This document shows positions 63,162-64,000 of a stretch of 64,000 nucleotides of DNA, piece after piece. Under the pieces are notes generated by a model. The model had not been told where the DNA came from. It saw only the letters and a program-made list of their open reading frames with translations, and ran no database searches. Where the stretch lies: assembly GCA_050951565.1 (NCBI GenBank), contig JBMNJH010000008.1, positions 11,111 to 75,110 on the forward strand. Reading direction: 5' to 3'. This DNA comes from Peptococcia bacterium (lineage in GTDB: Bacteria > Bacillota > Peptococcia > DRI-13 > DTU073). Position 1 is the stretch's first letter; every line of letters starts with the position of its first letter. Position numbers and translations under genes: made by a program.

Positions 63162-64000
63162 AAACATGATTTAAGAGGGATTCACCCAAGGCATAGTCTA
63201 CAATTAAAACATTAGTCAAATTACCTTTGATGGCCGCATGAACAATCTCCGTCTTTACTTTGCCGGAGGCCACCGTAACTTTGGTCGGGATGTTTCTGAA
63301 AGTCTCCAAATCAATGGCGATGATACGTTCTTTTAAATCGGTGTCGCACTCTTGCCCCTGCCGGTCAATAAAGCGTAGGGCCAGGTCCCCAACCACTTCT
63401 TTCTTTTTTAATTCGGCAATCTCATGGGGATTTAAATATTCCGGACTAGAAAGCAGGGAGGTCGGATGGGGACAAAACGCGCCCACCCCGTTTAAGGCAA
63501 TGGTGATTTTATCAAACATCGAAATTACTCGTTCAATATTCTTCTCTTTTTTCAGCGTCGCGGTCAGGTCCTTATGGCTCAGCAAGCCTTCGGTCAGCAA
63601 AGAATAGTTGCGGCCGCCAAAGGTCATCGACATTCTGGAAACCAGGCTCCGGACGTCCAGTTCGTTACTGATAAAGGAAATACTGCCGTGCATGGTGACA
63701 AAAGCTGCATTAATCTTTTGACATGGATTGAGGTAATGGATTAAATGATAGATGGTCTTGCCCCAGGTGACACCTAAGACATCCCTTTCGGTAATAATGC
63801 GCTGAATATAGCGGGCACCTTCCAGGGCAACCAGCTTCTTCACATTATCCGTGGCATCCATCTCTTCCGCTTGGTCGATACTGTTTTGTTGGTGATGAAT
63901 GTTCGTCGCCGGAGCGACAATGACATCCTTCAATTGATATTTATTCTTCAACTTTTGTTCAAGTTCTATACATTGAAGGTAGGGATCGCGAATCACAAAC
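63160..64000 (-). CDS. SorC/DeoR-type sugar-binding transcriptional regulator (N-terminal HTH probably right of the window)
   Basis: Sugar-phosphate-binding domain pattern: VIVAP..., GVTWGKT, VTMHGS, IALNGVG, ...VASG..K. The track Met at 63996 lies 4 nt from the window edge and no HTH is visible. Confidence 0.7.
   Translation of the reverse strand, partial: FVIRDPYLQCIELEQKLKNKYQLKDVIVAPATNIHHQQNSIDQAEEMDATDNVKKLVALEGARYIQRIITERDVLGVTWGKTIYHLIHYLNPCQKINAAFVTMHGSISFISNELDVRSLVSRMSMTFGGRNYSLLTEGLLSHKDLTATLKKEKNIERVISMFDKITIALNGVGAFCPHPTSLLSSPEYLNPHEIAELKKKEVVGDLALRFIDRQGQECDTDLKERIIAIDLETFRNIPTKVTVASGKVKTEIVHAAIKGNLTNVLIVDYALGESLLNHV

Noticed and set aside
1-64000. tRNA, rRNA, CRISPR, IS/transposase, integrase, toxin-antitoxin or known phage-defence genes
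   Set aside because: None was recognised in any intergenic region or ORF. The intergenic gaps are short and are accounted for by promoters and terminators.

Overview
The window reads as chromosome of an endospore-forming Firmicute of Clostridia type. This is inferred from a gerA-type germinant-receptor operon, a Cheo-type LexA box, LevR/sigma-54 regulation and about 50% GC in spot counts. No rRNA, tRNA, CRISPR array, transposase or integrase was seen.

Layout, left to right:
1. 1-9.4 kb: an AT-richer conjugative type IV secretion module on the minus strand (VirD4-like coupling protein, Maff2-like, VirB6-like, PrgI/VirB3-like, VirB4-like). It is followed by an ORF of at least 994 codons that is absent from the supplied track because it runs off the left edge. 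That ORF is very basic and contains a near-perfect 450-bp tandem duplication and a 33-nt repeat array.
2. 9.5-16.3 kb: a translationally coupled operon of an ECF sigma factor, a 1716-aa membrane-anchored alpha-2-macroglobulin-like protein in the anti-sigma position, and an exported Memo-like lipoprotein. This is my best candidate for an undescribed system.
3. asd, then a surface cluster: a beta-helix protein with an N/Y/S-rich tail, a 676-aa secreted protein and an M23 peptidase.
4. znuA-znuC-znuB-zur.
5. A gerA/B/C operon plus a small membrane gene.
6. A comA-like gene followed by an orphan ABC-ATPase / G3E-like GTPase / Fe-S-domain trio.
7. A LexA-boxed, apparently leaderless dinB with a yolD-like gene.
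8. Rhomboid protease, cobO, cysK, a GntR regulator and a PLD-family protein.
9. A 10-kb Tad/Flp pilus locus.
10. A LevR-type sigma-54 activator co-operonic with two HPr paralogs, a Zn-ribbon protein and DUF2148, but no PTS permease. Next to it are a near-consensus sigma-54 promoter, an SDR, a class II aldolase-family protein, a RuBisCO-like protein (form IV type) and a SorC-type regulator.

CDS ends come from the ORF track, and revised starts from codon arithmetic on it. Short motifs were indexed by hand and may be off by 1-2 nt. All family calls rest on motif recognition by eye; no searches were run.
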